Assembly: GCF_018977255.1 (NCBI RefSeq)
Contig: NW_024704743.1
Location: 97,900,001 to 97,964,000, forward strand
Origin: Callorhinchus milii
Taxonomy: Eukaryota
Reading direction: 5' to 3'
DNA: 64,000 nt
The notes beneath the pieces are model-generated. The model searched no databases and was not told the DNA's origin. It worked only from the letters and a program-made list of their open reading frames with translations. A program made the translations under genes and the position numbers. Positions 23,250 to 37,671 of the stretch are shown here, piece by piece. Within the stretch, counting starts at the first letter, position 1. Every line of letters begins with the position of its first letter.

Positions 23250-23520
23250 GTTATGTTGCATTTTCAAGTTGGGAGGAAATGACTAGGTGCTTCACATAAG
23301 TGATTGGGGGCCAAAGCTGGAGGGGGAAGGGGGAACTGGGAATGTATGGGGGAAGGGGGGAGAAGATGGCTGTAAAAGCAAAAGGTAGGTTTTGAAGACA
23401 TTGGAAGGGACAGATCTGAAGAACTCTAGGTTGCAGTTTCAGAGAATGGGGTCTGAGCTTCAAAGCTGACCCACTGATGGTAGAGTGGGGTGGATCAGGC
23501 TGGGTGAAGGGATCAGAAAG
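23250..23520 (-). mobile_element. Decayed L2 3' end
   Basis: G-rich tract and gtttcagagaatggggtc...ccactgatggt, homologous to 18420-18500. Confidence 0.6.
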
Positions 23521-26500
23521 GTAGGGTTGTAGGACTTCCCCAGATAAAATTCATCATTCACTTCATGGCCATTTGTGGAATATTGCTCTGCGCAAAATTG
23601 GCTGCCTGTGTGCCAACAAATACACAGTTACTACACTTTATAGTAAAAATTCTGTGATGTGCTTTAAGACTACAACCTGAAGTGCTATATTAAATGCAAG
23701 AAGTATTATTGTTTATTTATCCACTGTGTTAGCATAGCAGGGGATACTCATGTATTTAAAGTGTGCATCCAAACACATGTGTGGTATCCAGCATTGTCAG
23801 GCCAGGCCAGAGTATTTGAGTGGACAATAGGCTAGTATTTACTTGGTAACATTCTTGTTATTTTTCCCTGTGAGCCCAAGAGCAATGAAAAACTCACCCA
23901 GATCTTCTTCACCCTGTAAAATCAGATAAATCCCTGGAGCAAAGTTTCAATATTTTAGCTCATTCCAATTTTGTGACAGAGACCCTCGAGGGATTTCAGT
24001 TTTGTGATGAAAAGTAACTTGCATTTACATTGTCCCTTTCACATAAAAGAAATGTCTCAAAGTGCTTTTACCAAAGAAAATTAATTAGAAAATAAGTGAA
24101 TGTTATTGGAAACGTGGCAGTTCATTTGCTCCGGCATTGTCCTACATACAATTAGATAAGTAGGCAATTAATTTGATTTGGGGGTAAATTTGCATGAGAA
24201 GGGAATATAAAATGAGAAAACCTGGAGGTAATCTCCACTTTACTTTAAAATAGCAGCTAAATGTATGAGAGACAGATGGGTTTCCACATGTGTCAGGCGC
24301 CTGGCTGTCAAAAGAAATTACCCCGTTACAACAACAACACTAACAACAATAACTTGCATTTATATTGCACCCTTCACTTAGGATAACCTCATGGAGCTCT
24401 TTAAAGATTGACAGGGCTGATGACTCAAGTTGCAGCATATGGAAACGTAGCTAGAATTTATGACCTCTAATGGTTGAGATATAGATAACTACTAGTTTAA
24501 TTCTTGGCGATTTTGATTATGTTAAGATCACTACCAATTGGCATAAGCATTCAGAAGGTACCAAATTGGTGGATTGTATAGTAGGTATGAAATGGAATAA
24601 AACTATATTAAGTTATAGTTTTTTTTCCTTCTATTTCTACCATAAATAATAATAATACTGTCTTAGACACATGCCAGTTCCATGTGCAGTTATCACACCA
24701 TCTCTTATCAGACCTTCCTCTGTCCAGGATCTTTTTGACCAGAGAATATCATTGCACACTTAATTTACTTATTGCTGCCCTTCTTTCAGGGGGAGCAGAG
24801 CTGTGTACCTGAACTTACAGATGAATAATGGACAAAATTATTGAAATGTCTATGGGAAATGTAGTCACATAGCAAGGAGCTGGATTTGAGAGGAGCAAGG
24901 CTGGGTCTAGTAAGGAGCCAGATTACAGAGGATGCTGGGTGTGTTTACAATTGTCAGATTCAGGTCTGTGCAGGACCGTCTTAAGAATCTCCTGGTCAAG
25001 AAAAGGAACTGAATTTCTTGTGCTGATAGAATCTTTAGGCCGTAGTGGGTAGGGAGAGAGGGAGGGGGCTCCTGTGCTTGTTCAGCTCCTCATTATAATT
25101 CTGGGAACACAACAATATGGGTAAAAACAGCCTTCATGGACTGCTGTATAAGCTATTTCCTCATGATTTGTGAAATCATCATTTCCATTCATGATAACCA
25201 GTACTGCGTGTACTTTATATCTACACATTGACAGCATGTCACAGCCACAAGCTGTACATCACCTCACCATGAATCACCATAATATGCTGCAGAACACAAG
25301 AAACACTCAATATAGTTCATTGGAGAACTTTAGAAAAATAGTTTCAAAGTTAAAACTGTATCATACAGTTCACCAAATTCTGGCTGCTCTGAAATATTAA
25401 GAAACTAGAATAAATCTCGACCCAGGTGCAATTTCTACTCCCTTGCAGCCACAGTCAGTGAAATATTTCTTAGAAACTACAACATAGATCTTTGCACTGC
25501 TTTTCAATTATGTCACATGCTGGAGATACAAGGAAGAGAAAGACTCCTGTATATCCATTACAAAGTCAATTGGTTATTTGCACTTAAGTGCTCCGAGACA
25601 CTACCCCAAGTGAAGGGCATTATCTAGATACAAGTGGTTGTTGTTGTTGAAGTAATGTGCCCACAGATGTGGAGGTGTATATTGTGGAGTAGGGAGGGCT
25701 GTTAGAAACTTGATGGCACTCTGGGTCTTTTCTCATTCTTCCTGTCTATGCATCTGCATATGTGACTTCCCTTGTGTCAATGCAGTGGGGAAGTCTGACA
25801 GGAAAGGTGGGCTTACATCAAAATAGTGCTGTGTTCATCAGCTAGAGAATGACTCCCACTGGCTCTGTACTCCCACTATTTGGCTGGATAAGAATAAGGT
25901 TAGACATTGGAAGGCTGGGGAATTATCAGTTAACAACAACAACAACAAATTACAAGGCTTAAGAATCTTGAAAGCCTTCCTAAACAACAAAATTTGTGAG
26001 AATTCTGCCCTGGTAGGAGTGATTGTCTCTGTGCCAATTATTTCACAACAGGGATAGGCATAAATCGACATAAGAGTATGCTCTTAATTATAGATCAGGG
26101 CATGATATACCCCTGATATCTTTATTCCACTGTGCTCTGCCTGCTGCTCACAGTTATTAAAATTGTTGTTGCATTATCTAAGAAATTTTAAAAGCACTGT
26201 ATAATATTAATGTTTGCATTAGATATAACTCTTGCCTCTGAGTCAGTGGTTATCATTTCAAGCCCCATGTCAGGACTTGGAATCACATAGTCTAAGCTGC
26301 CACTCCAAAGCAGTTCCGGGAGGGAGGGGATGTTGCATTATCAGAGGTGCAGTCCTTTGGATGAGATGTTAAACTGAGGTCCCGTCTGTCTGTTCAGGTG
26401 GATGTTAAAGATCCAATGGCACTATTCGAAAAGAGAAGGGAGTTTCTCCCGGTGTCCAGGCCAACAAATCCTTCAAATAAAATTGGTCACTTACTCCATG

Positions 26501-26578
26501 CCTGTTTATGGGATATTACTGTGCACAAACTGGCTGCCGTGTTTCGCCCACAAAATACACCGTGAATCACTGTACAGT

Positions 26579-27133
26579 TTACAAAAGGCAAAGTACTGCA
26601 GATGCTGGAAATCTGAAATAAAAACAGAAGTAGCTGGGAACACGCAGCAGGTCAGGCAGCATCTATGGAGAGAGGAAAGTGAGTTAACGTTTCAGGTCCA
26701 GTTCTGACAAAAGGTCATCAATATGAAATGTCAACTCACTTTCCTCTCTCTCCATAGATGCTGGAGTGGAGTCCTGTAGCTCAGTGGTTAGAGCACTCGC
26801 TTTGCAAGTGAGAGACCTGAGTTCAATTCCAGGCAGAGGGCGAAACCTTGGGCAAGTTTCCTTACTTCACACGCCTAATAATAATCCCTCCAAAAAAACA
26901 AAAAAAATAATAAATTGGTCATTTTCAATCTATGACTGTTTGTGGGACATTGCTGTGCGCAATTGGCTGCCGCGTTCGCCCACAAATATGCAGTCAATTC
27001 ACTTTACAGTATAATCTGTGAAGCGCTTTGGGACATCTAGAAGACGTGAAAAGCGCTATATCAAATGCAAGGATTATTATTATTATTATGCTACCTGACC
27101 TGCTGCGGATTCCCAGCTACTTCTATTTTTATT
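26579..27133. mobile_element. Palindromic Penelope-derived element, itself interrupted by SINE A
   Basis: Left arm gaaataaaaacagaagtagctgggaa...gcaggtcaggcagcatctatggagagaggaaagtgagtt is inverted relative to aactcactttcctctctctccatagatgct / acctgacctgctgcg...cccagctacttctatttttatttc. About 12-bp TSD tcact(g/a)tacagt. Confidence 0.85.
26763..27087 (+). mobile_element. Young SINE family A, full length, TSD ATGCT
   Basis: atgct-ggagtggagtcctgtag...(TAT)n-atgct. Confidence 0.95.
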
Positions 27134-27384
27134 TCACTATACAGTATATCCTGTAAAGTGCTTGACACGTCTCAACGACATGATAAGGTGCTATATCAAA
27201 GCAAGAATTATTTATTATTTTATTATATCGTTCCCAGTAAACAGTTTTGCAGACAATTGCTGTCAAGTATAGTGTCTGTGATTTGTAGGTTAAAACAAAA
27301 GCTATGAAACCAATAGAAAAGAAGCCCTCCCAATGCTTCAGTGGATAGATATACCACATGAGTTGACAGAGAGAAATATGAATC

Positions 27385-27525
27385 TGACAGATTCCTGATT
27401 CAAAACCCCCTGAGTGAGCTGATCTCAGCTGTAGGACAGTGGGAAGAGCTACAATTAGTCTTGTCGTCTCAAAAGTGGGGAAGGGGAAAGTTAGATACAG
27501 TCCTTGCTCCTGATCGTTGCTGGAG
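27385..27525 (+). mobile_element. Ancient SINE-like fragment of a different family
   Basis: ctgagtgagctgatctcagctg...gctacaattagtc...tgctcctgatcg resembles a repeat I recall from shark genomes; 52375-52510 may be the downstream part of the same family. Not named with confidence. Confidence 0.4.
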
Positions 27526-28289
27526 AGTGGCAAGTCTATTACCTTTACATATGAATAATGGACAAAATTACTGTAGTACTGCCAGTCCCTATAGGAAGTA
27601 TAGCCCGTAGTACGTACACCCGCATAGAAGAGAAGAGAACTGGGGGAAGAACATGTGGATCAAAAAACAAAGCAAAATCAAAGCAACATAAAGCTTTGAA
27701 ACAACTGACAATAATTCTTTCCACATATAAAAAAAATGACTTTAGTTACGTAAATGAATCAGTATATTTAAGTTACTTTGTTATTTCACATTCATTCTGC
27801 TTGCTGTCTCCAACTAAACATTATGTACAAAAAATAGTATGAAACAAGGCTAGGCTCTGAACAGCTTAATTGTTTCCCTGACTGTATCACAGGCACCAGA
27901 TTTTTGGACTGCATCTGTTCTTTCTTTGGGGAACATCCAAATAATTGAAGCTGTTGTTGATTTAGGAATGTCACAGTTGGGCATTATTGAGCAGCATGTA
28001 TTGCTAAGGGTTCTTCTAGACCGGGAACTCCACAGCATTGAGCGGAGTAGTCTTTAAAGAACGCGCTGCTGACAGAAACTACACAACAAACTAACAATAG
28101 TTTTAACCCCAAAAACAACAATCACACAGTGTGTGCTATTTGGGAAAGGCAGATTGAAGTTTAGGTGGTAAAAATAAAGCTCATGTTTTAATTACACAAC
28201 ATTGTTATTTAGTATTGATTGTCCCCTAGGAAAGTCAATGATCATGGAAAAGTATTCAGGACCTTGGAAGTCCTCCCAACTAGCTGGGG

Positions 28290-28620
28290 GAGGTGACTGT
28301 AGACAAGGATCGAAGAGGAACGTCTTCAGGCACGATCTGAAGGTGGGAAGGAAGGGGCAGCACAGAGGGATTAGAGGAAGAGTGTTCCAGTGTGGCTAAA
28401 AGCAAGGCCACCGATGGTGGAACAGAGGGCACAAGGGACATGCAGAAGGTCAGAGCCAGTTGAACGGAGGCAGCAGGTCATGGATTGGAGAGTAGGGAGG
28501 TGCCAAGGCATGAAGAGATTTGAAGATGAGTGTGAGGATCTTGAAATCAATCTGTTCAACGGTAGGGAGCCAGTGGAGCCTGGCTAGAACTGGTGTGATG
28601 GTGGTATGGAGTTTAATTAC
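28290..28620 (-). mobile_element. L2 ORF2 C-terminal fragment
   Basis: ORF track: ITPVLARLHWLPTVEQIDFKILTLIFKSLHALAPPY. Confidence 0.9.
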
Positions 28621-29279
28621 AGGCAGATGTCTACTCTCCTCCACTTGCTGCCGAGTACCATCTCTATAAAGTGCTCTGTGATTTTATTGCACATGAACGG
28701 CACTCTGTAAATATTATTGTGGTTGAATCATTTAAAGAGTCAATCTATAATAATTACAGTTATTAATAATCTGGGAGAAAGGAACTGTAAGAATAAATGG
28801 ATGCTGTAACCATTCATAAATCCTAGGGTCCATTCCACAAAAGCCTACTATTTAAATTCCTCACAACGAATACAGTATTAAATGGATGTGTCACTTTCCC
28901 ACACGTATAGTATAGGGGAAGTACTATGAATTTAACAACTTATTCCAAGGAAAAAGTCAGTTGATTATTTTCTTAGTGAATTAATTGTTTCCCGATTCTA
29001 ATGAGTATCTTCTGCACTTTAACACACAATTTAAAAAGTAAATAAATTATTTGTTCAGAAATGCAAGAGACATATTCGAGAAGAAATTTAACCTCCTTTA
29101 AAATTTACTCTATTTATGTAACAGTTTAGAGTATACAGAATCTGGCTAATCGTTGAAATCTGTCTTAGCTTTGAAGGTGTTTTTTCTGTAGTTCTTAAAA
29201 GAAACATACAGAAAAACGGTTTCAAAATTACAACTACATTATGCCACATAAATAGAGTAAATCACAAATTCACAAGATT

Positions 29280-30340
29280 ACTTCAGACGAAGAAGACCCT
29301 TTTACCCGTTTAATAATAATAATCCTTGCATTTGATATAGCGCTTTTCACGTCGGGAGGACGTCCCAAAGCGCTTGATCTCATCCTTCCAGAATTCCCAC
29401 CCTACTTTTTTCCATCACAAAAATAAGATTTTGTTTAAATGAGTCCAGTGTCCTTGCTCCATCCATGCTTTCTGTTAACATGTTCCAGTTAATTACTCCC
29501 AGGGTAAGGAAATACTTCCTGGTATCTGTCCTGAAATTAGCCTTTTGCAACTCTAAGCCTACTTATTCTACTGTCTTGGTACATGCTAAAGTATTGTTTA
29601 GCACTCCCGACATGAAAGGTACACTCCCGGACGACCTCCCAACGTGAAAGGCGCTCTATCAATGTAATTTTTTTGTTGTTGTTCTGAGTTTACTTTCTCA
29701 ATCCAATAAAATGTTATACACCTCCATAAAATCCTCAGGGAGACCTCTACTTTCAAAATTGAAAAGCCCCAGCGTGTCTCATCATTGCTCATACCTCCAT
29801 CGTCCAACATTGGGGATCATCCTCGTTGCTCACCTTTGCATTGCCTGGGGCTTGAGCAATGACCAGAGATGTATGCAATAAGTAGGTAGACTCTGACCAG
29901 AGCACTTGAGTATGACTTCTGGGGATCTGAAGTTTGGCAATATAGCCTAGTGTCCTGTTTACCTCCAAACTGTTCCTCACACTGTTTTGGCATTTTGAGC
30001 AATGAGTCAGCTAATACCCCAAGATCTCCTTTAGCTTCCTCCTTTGGCAAGTTCTATCCCATCCATACAGTACACACATTTCCTATTCTTAGATGATATA
30101 CATAGTATACCCTGCATTTATCTGTATTGAACTTCATTTGCCAATTATCAGCTCTAACAAATTCTTTGTAAGGCCTTTGCTGCCTCCGCTGATTTCACAG
30201 CTCCCTTGAATTTGTTGTCTCCTGCAAATTTAATTATCTTATACTGGGTCTGTGAATCCAGATCATTAATACATACAAGGAACAGGAGGAGTCCCAGTAT
30301 AGACCCCGAGGAACTCTGCTAATATCTCCCCTCCACCCCC
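29280..30340 (-). mobile_element. CR1 LINE 3' region, with SINE and L2 tails inserted at about 29312-29375 and 29600-29685
   Basis: ORF track KGDLGVLADSLLKMPKQC; aatttgcaggagacaacaaatt (KFADD-like) near 30210-30230 on the minus strand. Confidence 0.8.
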
Positions 30341-31191
30341 CATTTTGACTTAACTGTTCATTTTTTAATTTTAACATCAGTTTTTCACCCACAAATTATA
30401 CAGTCAACTCATTTTACAGTATATTCTGTGAAGCACTTTGAGACGTCTCGAAGGAGATGTGATAAGGCGCGATATCAAATGCAAGGATTATTATTATATA
30501 TTATTTCAGGCATCGAGTTCTAGTGCACTGAAAATCTGCACAGGGTACAGGCACTAAAGCAACAACTCATGAACATGAGGAGACCAGGGTTCACATTTGG
30601 AAGTAGTTTACAAATCCATTATTTCTCCCCTTGCCAAGCAGTTTGAGCAAGCAATCAATCTATATCATTTGCTAACACTGTTTTGGTTATTGTTCTACAG
30701 AAGGACAAATCTCTCCATTTCCTCATTCAGGCAGAGAGTACATCAGGGAAGGCTCGGTTAGAAACAAGATGCTAATTGAAAAGACATTTATTCTCCTCCT
30801 AGGACTACTACCACATGAATTGTTTCAGGTCTTTGTCGTCGAAAATAGAAATTTAATAATCTAAATGTATGGATGTTGATGGGACCTTGACCTTTTGTCT
30901 GAATTAAAGTTTAATCTTCAGCAGCAGAGAGATATGCAGCTGAATGTAACAACAGCACATTTTAATGTGAGTGAGGAAGCAAGCTGAATGAATAAATTAG
31001 TAAGAGAAAATGTCATCAAAAAGGGAAGCTGTTAAAAACCTCATGTTATTAATGAAACGATAATGGAAGCAGACTTTCTTGAGGTATAAATCTTATTGTT
31101 AATTACAGTTAAATTACAATTTCTTCCAGAAAATGTTTTCAATATTATAGCAAAAGGTCACACAAACTTTCATTTTGGAGTTGTTACTAGT

Positions 31192-32172
31192 TGTTAGAAA
31201 ATAAAATCAGCCAAATCTGTAAGGAAATAACGCAAATTCCTCTAACCAGATATCAGACTGTTTTATTATTATTCGTTCGTTATTCCCCAATATCCCGATG
31301 GGTCAGACCAAAGGCCGGTACAATCAACAGATCTTATAACAGAATAATACCACAGTAGATATCTCGAGTTCAAGAGTTCAACACTGTGTGTTTACAGCAC
31401 ACAAGCTTGATTCTTCATGCTTTCAGTCTTCTTGCTTACAGCTTTCAATCTTCATCTGATATCCTCAGTCTTAGTGTTTCTAGCTCTCAGTCTTCCATCT
31501 CCGTACCCTTGTCTCCGCAGCCTGGGACGGCCCCATCTCCCGTATCCTTGTCTCCGCGACCCGGGAAGGCCCCGTTCACAAAGTTAACGGAACTCTTATA
31601 CCAATACTCATCCAATCATGGTGCGGACATTAGATCACCCGGTCGAAATCATGCCGGGTGTACATGAGCACCTCATGGGGTGTACGTGCCTCAGCACACA
31701 TACACATTGTCCTTAATTGTCTAAGATAGAGGATTGATCAGTTTAGGGCTGTATCTGGTGCTCATTATTTTGTGGTGTGGGATCATTAGTACATTCCTTT
31801 TAAGTGACTGGTTATTCCTTATCAGTATCCCGGGATGGTACCAAGGTCCTCTAGTTTAAGCAACTTGCTCATTAGTTGCTATTCTTGAGGGTTGCCTTCT
31901 GTTGCTTGGCAGGCCCTGTCAGAATCTAACGACTTATTGCTCAGTCGAGATCCTGTGTCGACTGGTACCTTGGACCGTTACCTCTGTGGGCTTGTTGTCA
32001 TTTACTGATAAAAGGTGACCCCCTGTCCGTTATTCTTCAAAAACAGAGAAAACCAGATGTGTCCTATCCCATGACTGTCAGTCCAGTTGTCCCCCACACT
32101 TAACTTAAAAGTTAACCCGTTCGCAACATCTCTTGTGATTCTAACATTATACAAAAAGTGTAAATTCTAACA
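31192..32172 (-). mobile_element. Solo LTR, family 1 (981 bp), opposite orientation to 13734-14681
   Basis: TGTTAGAA...TTCTAACA ends, 4-bp TSD TAGT, collinear with copy 1; only two 38-39-bp units (31497-31573). Confidence 0.93.
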
Positions 32173-34054
32173 TAGTTATAGCAATTTTTATATGTATACG
32201 GTACTTAATTTGAATTTAAATGTAGAAACAGAGGAATTATGTTGATGGAATTATAAATTGTGTATTGGTACCATTTGAATACTCTTTAAGAACCAAATTC
32301 ATGCTATTGCTTGAATGTACCGCTTGCAATACTTGAAAATTATTTTTAACAACAGCAACAAATTACATTTGCTTAGTTCCTTTCACGTCAGGAGGATGTC
32401 TCAAGGCGCTGGGCCATTCACGCCTTAACTTCAAAAGTCACATTACATTGACTGGAATTTTTTATCTTAGAAAAAGTTTTTGCATGAACCACTGTTTCAT
32501 TTACCAGACAAGGCACATTAGCATTTACCATATACATGATTAATGTACATGAGATAGGGTTGTTTTACAGTTAAATAGAAAGGCCATGGTTCTGGCTCTC
32601 TTGGTTAACATGTTTACAGGCTTGAAATTCTACCTCGTCTCAGGCTGTAAATCAATTTGTTTTAAAATTTAGGAGTGGGTAGAAATGTGTTCAATTGTCA
32701 AATCCTATGTTAATACAGAAGCTGTTATACTACAGTTCTCAAAAGAATTGACTTCCATTAAGACTAAATTTAAGCATTTTTCACAATTCTGTATAATCTT
32801 AACTTTAAAGATAAAATAGTCTTACGGGATAATACTAGGTGAAATGTCATGCTTGTTGAGACTGGGTATTTCACAGGGTGGAATTCCGAAGCAGTAACAG
32901 TCTTACAACTTCCAGTCTTAGAACAACAGATGGGTCTACCTTTTCAGCTGCGATAATGTTTGGCAAAGGCGGGGCCATAAGGGACGATAACAATAAAAGA
33001 GCAAAACAGTAGCCTCTTATCAAGTTGTAATGTGTCAAAGTGATTCACTTTGTGTCCAGAAGTCAGACACTCATCAGAGGTTAACTGATTTGTGTTGATG
33101 TATTCATGAGCCAAGTGTTCAATGTACAGCTAGCTTTAGGCACAATGATTTGGAACGGTTGGACTGAGAGACTGGTTGGCAATTCGGATAGCACCTTTGG
33201 CGTCATTGCAGTTATCATGGAGAAATGCCATTCACAATCCAACATTGTCAAAGGTACTACATGTAATGCTGACCTGAGTTTAAGCCCCACGGAGAAGCCC
33301 AGTACACCTACAGGGCAGTCAATATTTAACGAGGCTTTTTCAATGTTAAGTAACTGATCACAAATTTCACCCAGTGCTTACCCACATGTTGGAGAGCTTA
33401 GATCTTGCCTTTGGGTCTGAATGTCTAATTAATCGTTCAATGAGGTTGTTGCTGAAAATGGATAGCTGAGCAGGAGTAAATCAATACACAGGGGACCATC
33501 ACCTTCCATAGCAACTTTATTTGTGTTTCATCTTTGGTTACATTTCTCCCAACCGGATATTTCTATCCAAGTGCCCTCTAAAAGGATTTTAAGTATCTAT
33601 CATGTATCTCATTCTCAGTCTGTTGCTTACATAATTAGCCAATTTTCAGAGAGATCAAAAGTCAGAACAAAGCGCAATAGATTAAAACAATCAATAAATG
33701 TTTACCAGAACATGTAGAGAAAAGCGTCAGTATGCAGGTTTGAACAACAGTAAAATAAGCAGAGGAAAGTAGACCAACAATAACTTGGAGCTATATAGTG
33801 CCCTTCAAGCAGCTAACAACTGGGAGCACTTGATCAGCCACAGAGAAGACAAATCTCTCAGAGAGTTGAGTTGCACATCAGTAACACTACTGAGGGAAAG
33901 TCATTTTGTAAATTTGACCAATAACTCACATTGATGGAATTAGAAATGGTCAATATGGACTTTATTCAAGTTAGGGCATCAGAGCAAACTGTATGGCCTC
34001 CTGTAACAGCCAAACAACAAAGAAAAGGAAGGATTTTTCAGTCTTGAAATTAGT

Positions 34055-34670
34055 CATCTCAGAGAGAACCTTATAGAGGTGTAAATAATAATAATAATAA
34101 TCTTTGCATTTGATATAGCTTTTCACATCTTCTAGATGTCTCAAAGCGCTTCACAGAATAGTCTGTAAAGTGAATTGACTGTATATTTGTGGGCAAAATG
34201 CGGCAGCCAATTGCGCACAGCAGTGTCTCACAAACAGTCGTGGATTGAAATGAATAATTTATTATTGCTTTTTTTGAGGGATTATTATCAGCCGTGTGGA
34301 GTAAGGAAACTTGCCCAAGGTTTCACCCTGCCGTTAAGGACAAATGACTGACGCAAGTCTATTTTAGTTTTTAAGTTACAGCCTTTGATATGAGCTTTAT
34401 AAAGTAAAGTTTATAAAGGAATTGAAAAAGTTAAACCACGAACAATATGCTCAGATGCACCAAGAGAATATAAATTTAGAGTTACAAAGAATAATTTCAG
34501 GACAAACACCAGAATGTGTTTCTTTATCCAGATGGTAATCAACAACAGTAATAGGTTGCTAGGAAGTGTGGTCAAGGTCAGGACACTGGACTTATTTAAG
34601 AAACAGTATAATAATGTGATGGGAAGATGGTAGGAGGGTACTCTGGAAGGATGAGATGAAATGGATGATC
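34055..34670 (+). mobile_element. CR1 3' fragment interrupted by an antisense, 5'-truncated SINE A (34085-34333)
   Basis: ctcagagagaaccttatagaggtgta, then ttcaggacaaacaccagaatgtgtttctttatccaga; homologous to 43765-44120. Confidence 0.75.
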
Positions 34671-35242
34671 AAGGCTGCCACAAAGGATTGACTCGATTCC
34701 AATATTCCATTGCCAAGTATGTCACTTTGGAGCCAGTTCATCTCCAAGGAGATGCCCTTGCTGTTTGAAGTAGTGTTAAGAGATCTTTAACGTACATCAG
34801 AAGCACCAGGAAGATGGGACATTGGGTGATCTTGTTGAATAGTGTGATGGGATCTTTATCATCAAACTGAAGGACACAGAGGAGAAGGAGAGATATACTA
34901 TCATGGCATCCAATGTGACTGCAAACTGCTTTGAAAGTGAAATTGCCTGCAGTACTTCCACAGAGATGACCCATGTATAAAAAATATTATTTTTTTAGTG
35001 ACAAAAAATGAAACATGTTTTAGCAGACTGAACAGATTCCTTGGCATGACTAGTTAGAGCAATTTGTTGAAATTTGATGGTGCAGTCTCCAGTACTGGAA
35101 AACAAATCCCATGCCTTCCAGCAAGTCTTGTAAATCACTACATTTCACATCGATATAAGGCTCTAGCCTTCAGTTTGGTGGCTGGACCACTTTGTAGAGG
35201 ACTTTATAAGTCTTTGTGTCTATCAGCAGAGAATGAACTGGA

Positions 35243-35683
35243 AATAATAATAATTTTTGAATTTGATACAACGCCTTATCACATCATCGAAATATCTCAA
35301 TACACTTCACAGGATATACACTGAAGTGTAGTGAATATGTATTTTATGGGTGAGTGCAGCAGCCAATTTGCGCAGAGCATTGACCCACAACATCTATAGA
35401 GTGAGTGACCAATTTTATTTGGGGGGATTTGTGGCTAGGACACTGTAAGAAACTCCCTTCTCTTTCCAAATCATGCCATGGGGTGTCTTTAACATCTATC
35501 TAGACAAGCAGATGAGACCTTGGTTTAGCGTCTCATCTGAAGGACAGAACCTCCAAAAATGCAGCACACCCTCAGCATTGTACTAGAGTGTCCGCATAGA
35601 TATGGGTTGCAAGTTCTGATGTGGAGATTTGAATCCACAACCTTCTGACTTAGAGGTGGGGCCTACCAACTGAGCCAGGCTGA
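35243..35683 (-). mobile_element. Old SINE family B, full length
   Basis: Tail, Deu block and head (ctaccaactgagccaggctga) all present in reverse. Confidence 0.88.
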
Positions 35684-36439
35684 TAAACTAGTGGGAAGGA
35701 TTTTAAGCTTGTGAACATAGTGCATGGTTGCTACCTGACTCAGTGTGTCAGGCAGCAACAACTTAGTTATAGTTTGTGACCCAAACACTATTCAGAGACT
35801 GGAAGTAGTTGATCCTCTAGGTGACAGTGACAACAGCTGAATAGCACTCAATTTGTCTTGGGAAATGGCACAAGCATTCAGCCAAACCTTAAAGCTTTAG
35901 ATGGGCAAATTTCAGGGGTATGAGGGCTAAGTATAAAGATATAGACTAGTGACTAGAGATAGAAAGAGCCATTGTTCAAGGTCTCAAGGGTCACAGACTG
36001 GAACTAAGCCAGAAGGGACCTGCTCCTTGTCACACTGAGTCAAGAATGCACTGAATTCACAAGCCCTTTCCCAGGGCTAAAAAGGGAGATTAAGATAACA
36101 TGGATGATTTCCAAAGCTTTAAGGAGTAGAAGAGATGGATACCATTCTTGCATTCAACACTGTGAAGGATTTTTTTTTAAAAAAGAGAAAAGCCAAGAGA
36201 GACCTGGAAAGGAAATGGCCACAAATGCAAAACATAATGCCAAAATATTCTTTCAATATGACAACAACTTGCATTTATATAGAGCCCTTCACACAGGGCA
36301 GCATCTCGGAATGCTTCTTTCAATATAACCGTAGGAAGCGAGTTAGGGATTCGAAGCGGGTTGAAGAACAGATTAAACAGAAGATAGCAAATACATTAAG
36401 TGATTTCTTTCTGGAGACATAAGGGGCCTGTGCAGGCCC

Positions 36440-36670
36440 TAGAGGCAATGTAGAAGAGAGCAATGAGGATGCTGAAAGCTGTGGTTCATGCAGAGAGTAC
36501 CAACGTATTTAAGAGGACATGATGCATACAATGAGGCTGAAAGGAATAGAGAGCTACATCAGATGAGATTAGGAGGGATAGAGGCTCATGGTGGAGTAGA
36601 AACACAGGCACGGACGAGTTGGGCTGAACTGCTCGTTTCCATGCTGTTATATTCTATGTAATTCTATATA
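36440..36670 (+). mobile_element. CR1 3' UTR
   Basis: ggcacggacgagttgggctgaa...tttccatgctgttatattctatgtaattctat, a typical CR1 terminal repeat. Confidence 0.7.
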
Positions 36671-37344
36671 AAGGAACATAATGTGTTTAGGAATACCACA
36701 ATTTTGACTCTAAAAGTGCTAGACACAGATTCTCACTTAGTATTAAAGGAATGGTGACAATGCTTCCTAGATTGAATCATAAATTGCAGCCCCCCAGCTT
36801 GCCTATCAAATCCCAAATTTTATTCCCGGTGTGCGAATCGAGAAGGATGGCTTCCTGAGATGAAAATCCCTCTCTCCAGATCAGCATGTCCTGCACAATG
36901 TCAGCCTCAGATCTCAGCTTTCAGAGCAGCACATCTGTATTTCTTGTTCAGATCAATAGGTTTATTTCCTGCTTGTTAAGGAGCTTGACTGATTATCACA
37001 GCTGAGTTTGAAGCACATGACATTCCCAAGTGGTATCTATCGTGTGCTGCTGATAGGAAACAGCTGCATTTTCAATTGTTTACAATTGTGCATTTTACAC
37101 AAACAATTGCAACTCTAAGCACCAAAAAATCTGCCCCTTTTCATTTCTCTTTCAGGGCAATATTACAATCAATGCTTTAATACAAATCTGGTATTGTTCC
37201 CTGCCTTCGAGAACGAATCATACGTTGGAGCCTCACTGATCATCACTAACTTAATCATCACTGATCATTGTCATTGGTCTATCCTTTAAAAATAAAGCAA
37301 GAAAGAAAGCAAGAACAAAGAACGAAACACCAATAGCAATATCA

Positions 37345-37630
37345 AATTGCCTTTGTACAGTGCCTTTCACAAAGGGAGGATGTCCCAAGGCGCTGGACAG
37401 TCGAGATGGGGGTTGGATTCAGGAGAATGGGGGCAAGGGGGGTGGAGGTGGGAAGATGACTGAAGTCATGGTCAAAGAGGAAGGTCTTGATAAGGATCTT
37501 GAAGGAGGAAGGAAGAAAGCATCAAGTTCTATTGTGTGAGGGCAGAAAGGCTGAAGGCCTGACCACTGATGGTGGGGAGGACAGAGCAGGCACATGAATC
37601 AGGCCAGTGCCTGCTGAGTGGAGAGAGTGG
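37345..37630 (-). mobile_element. L2 3' end
   Basis: gcctttcac...gggaggatgtcccaaggcgctggacagtc followed by a G-rich tract. Confidence 0.82.
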
Positions 37631-37671
37631 GAGAGTTGGTAAGGTTTTAGAAGGTCACAAAAGTAATAATC

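Larger units (their letters stand above)
26228..27230 (+). mobile_element. Old SINE family B, host of a triple nested insertion
   Basis: Body at 26228-26578 and tail at about 27146-27230, split by the Penelope-type element. Confidence 0.85.
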
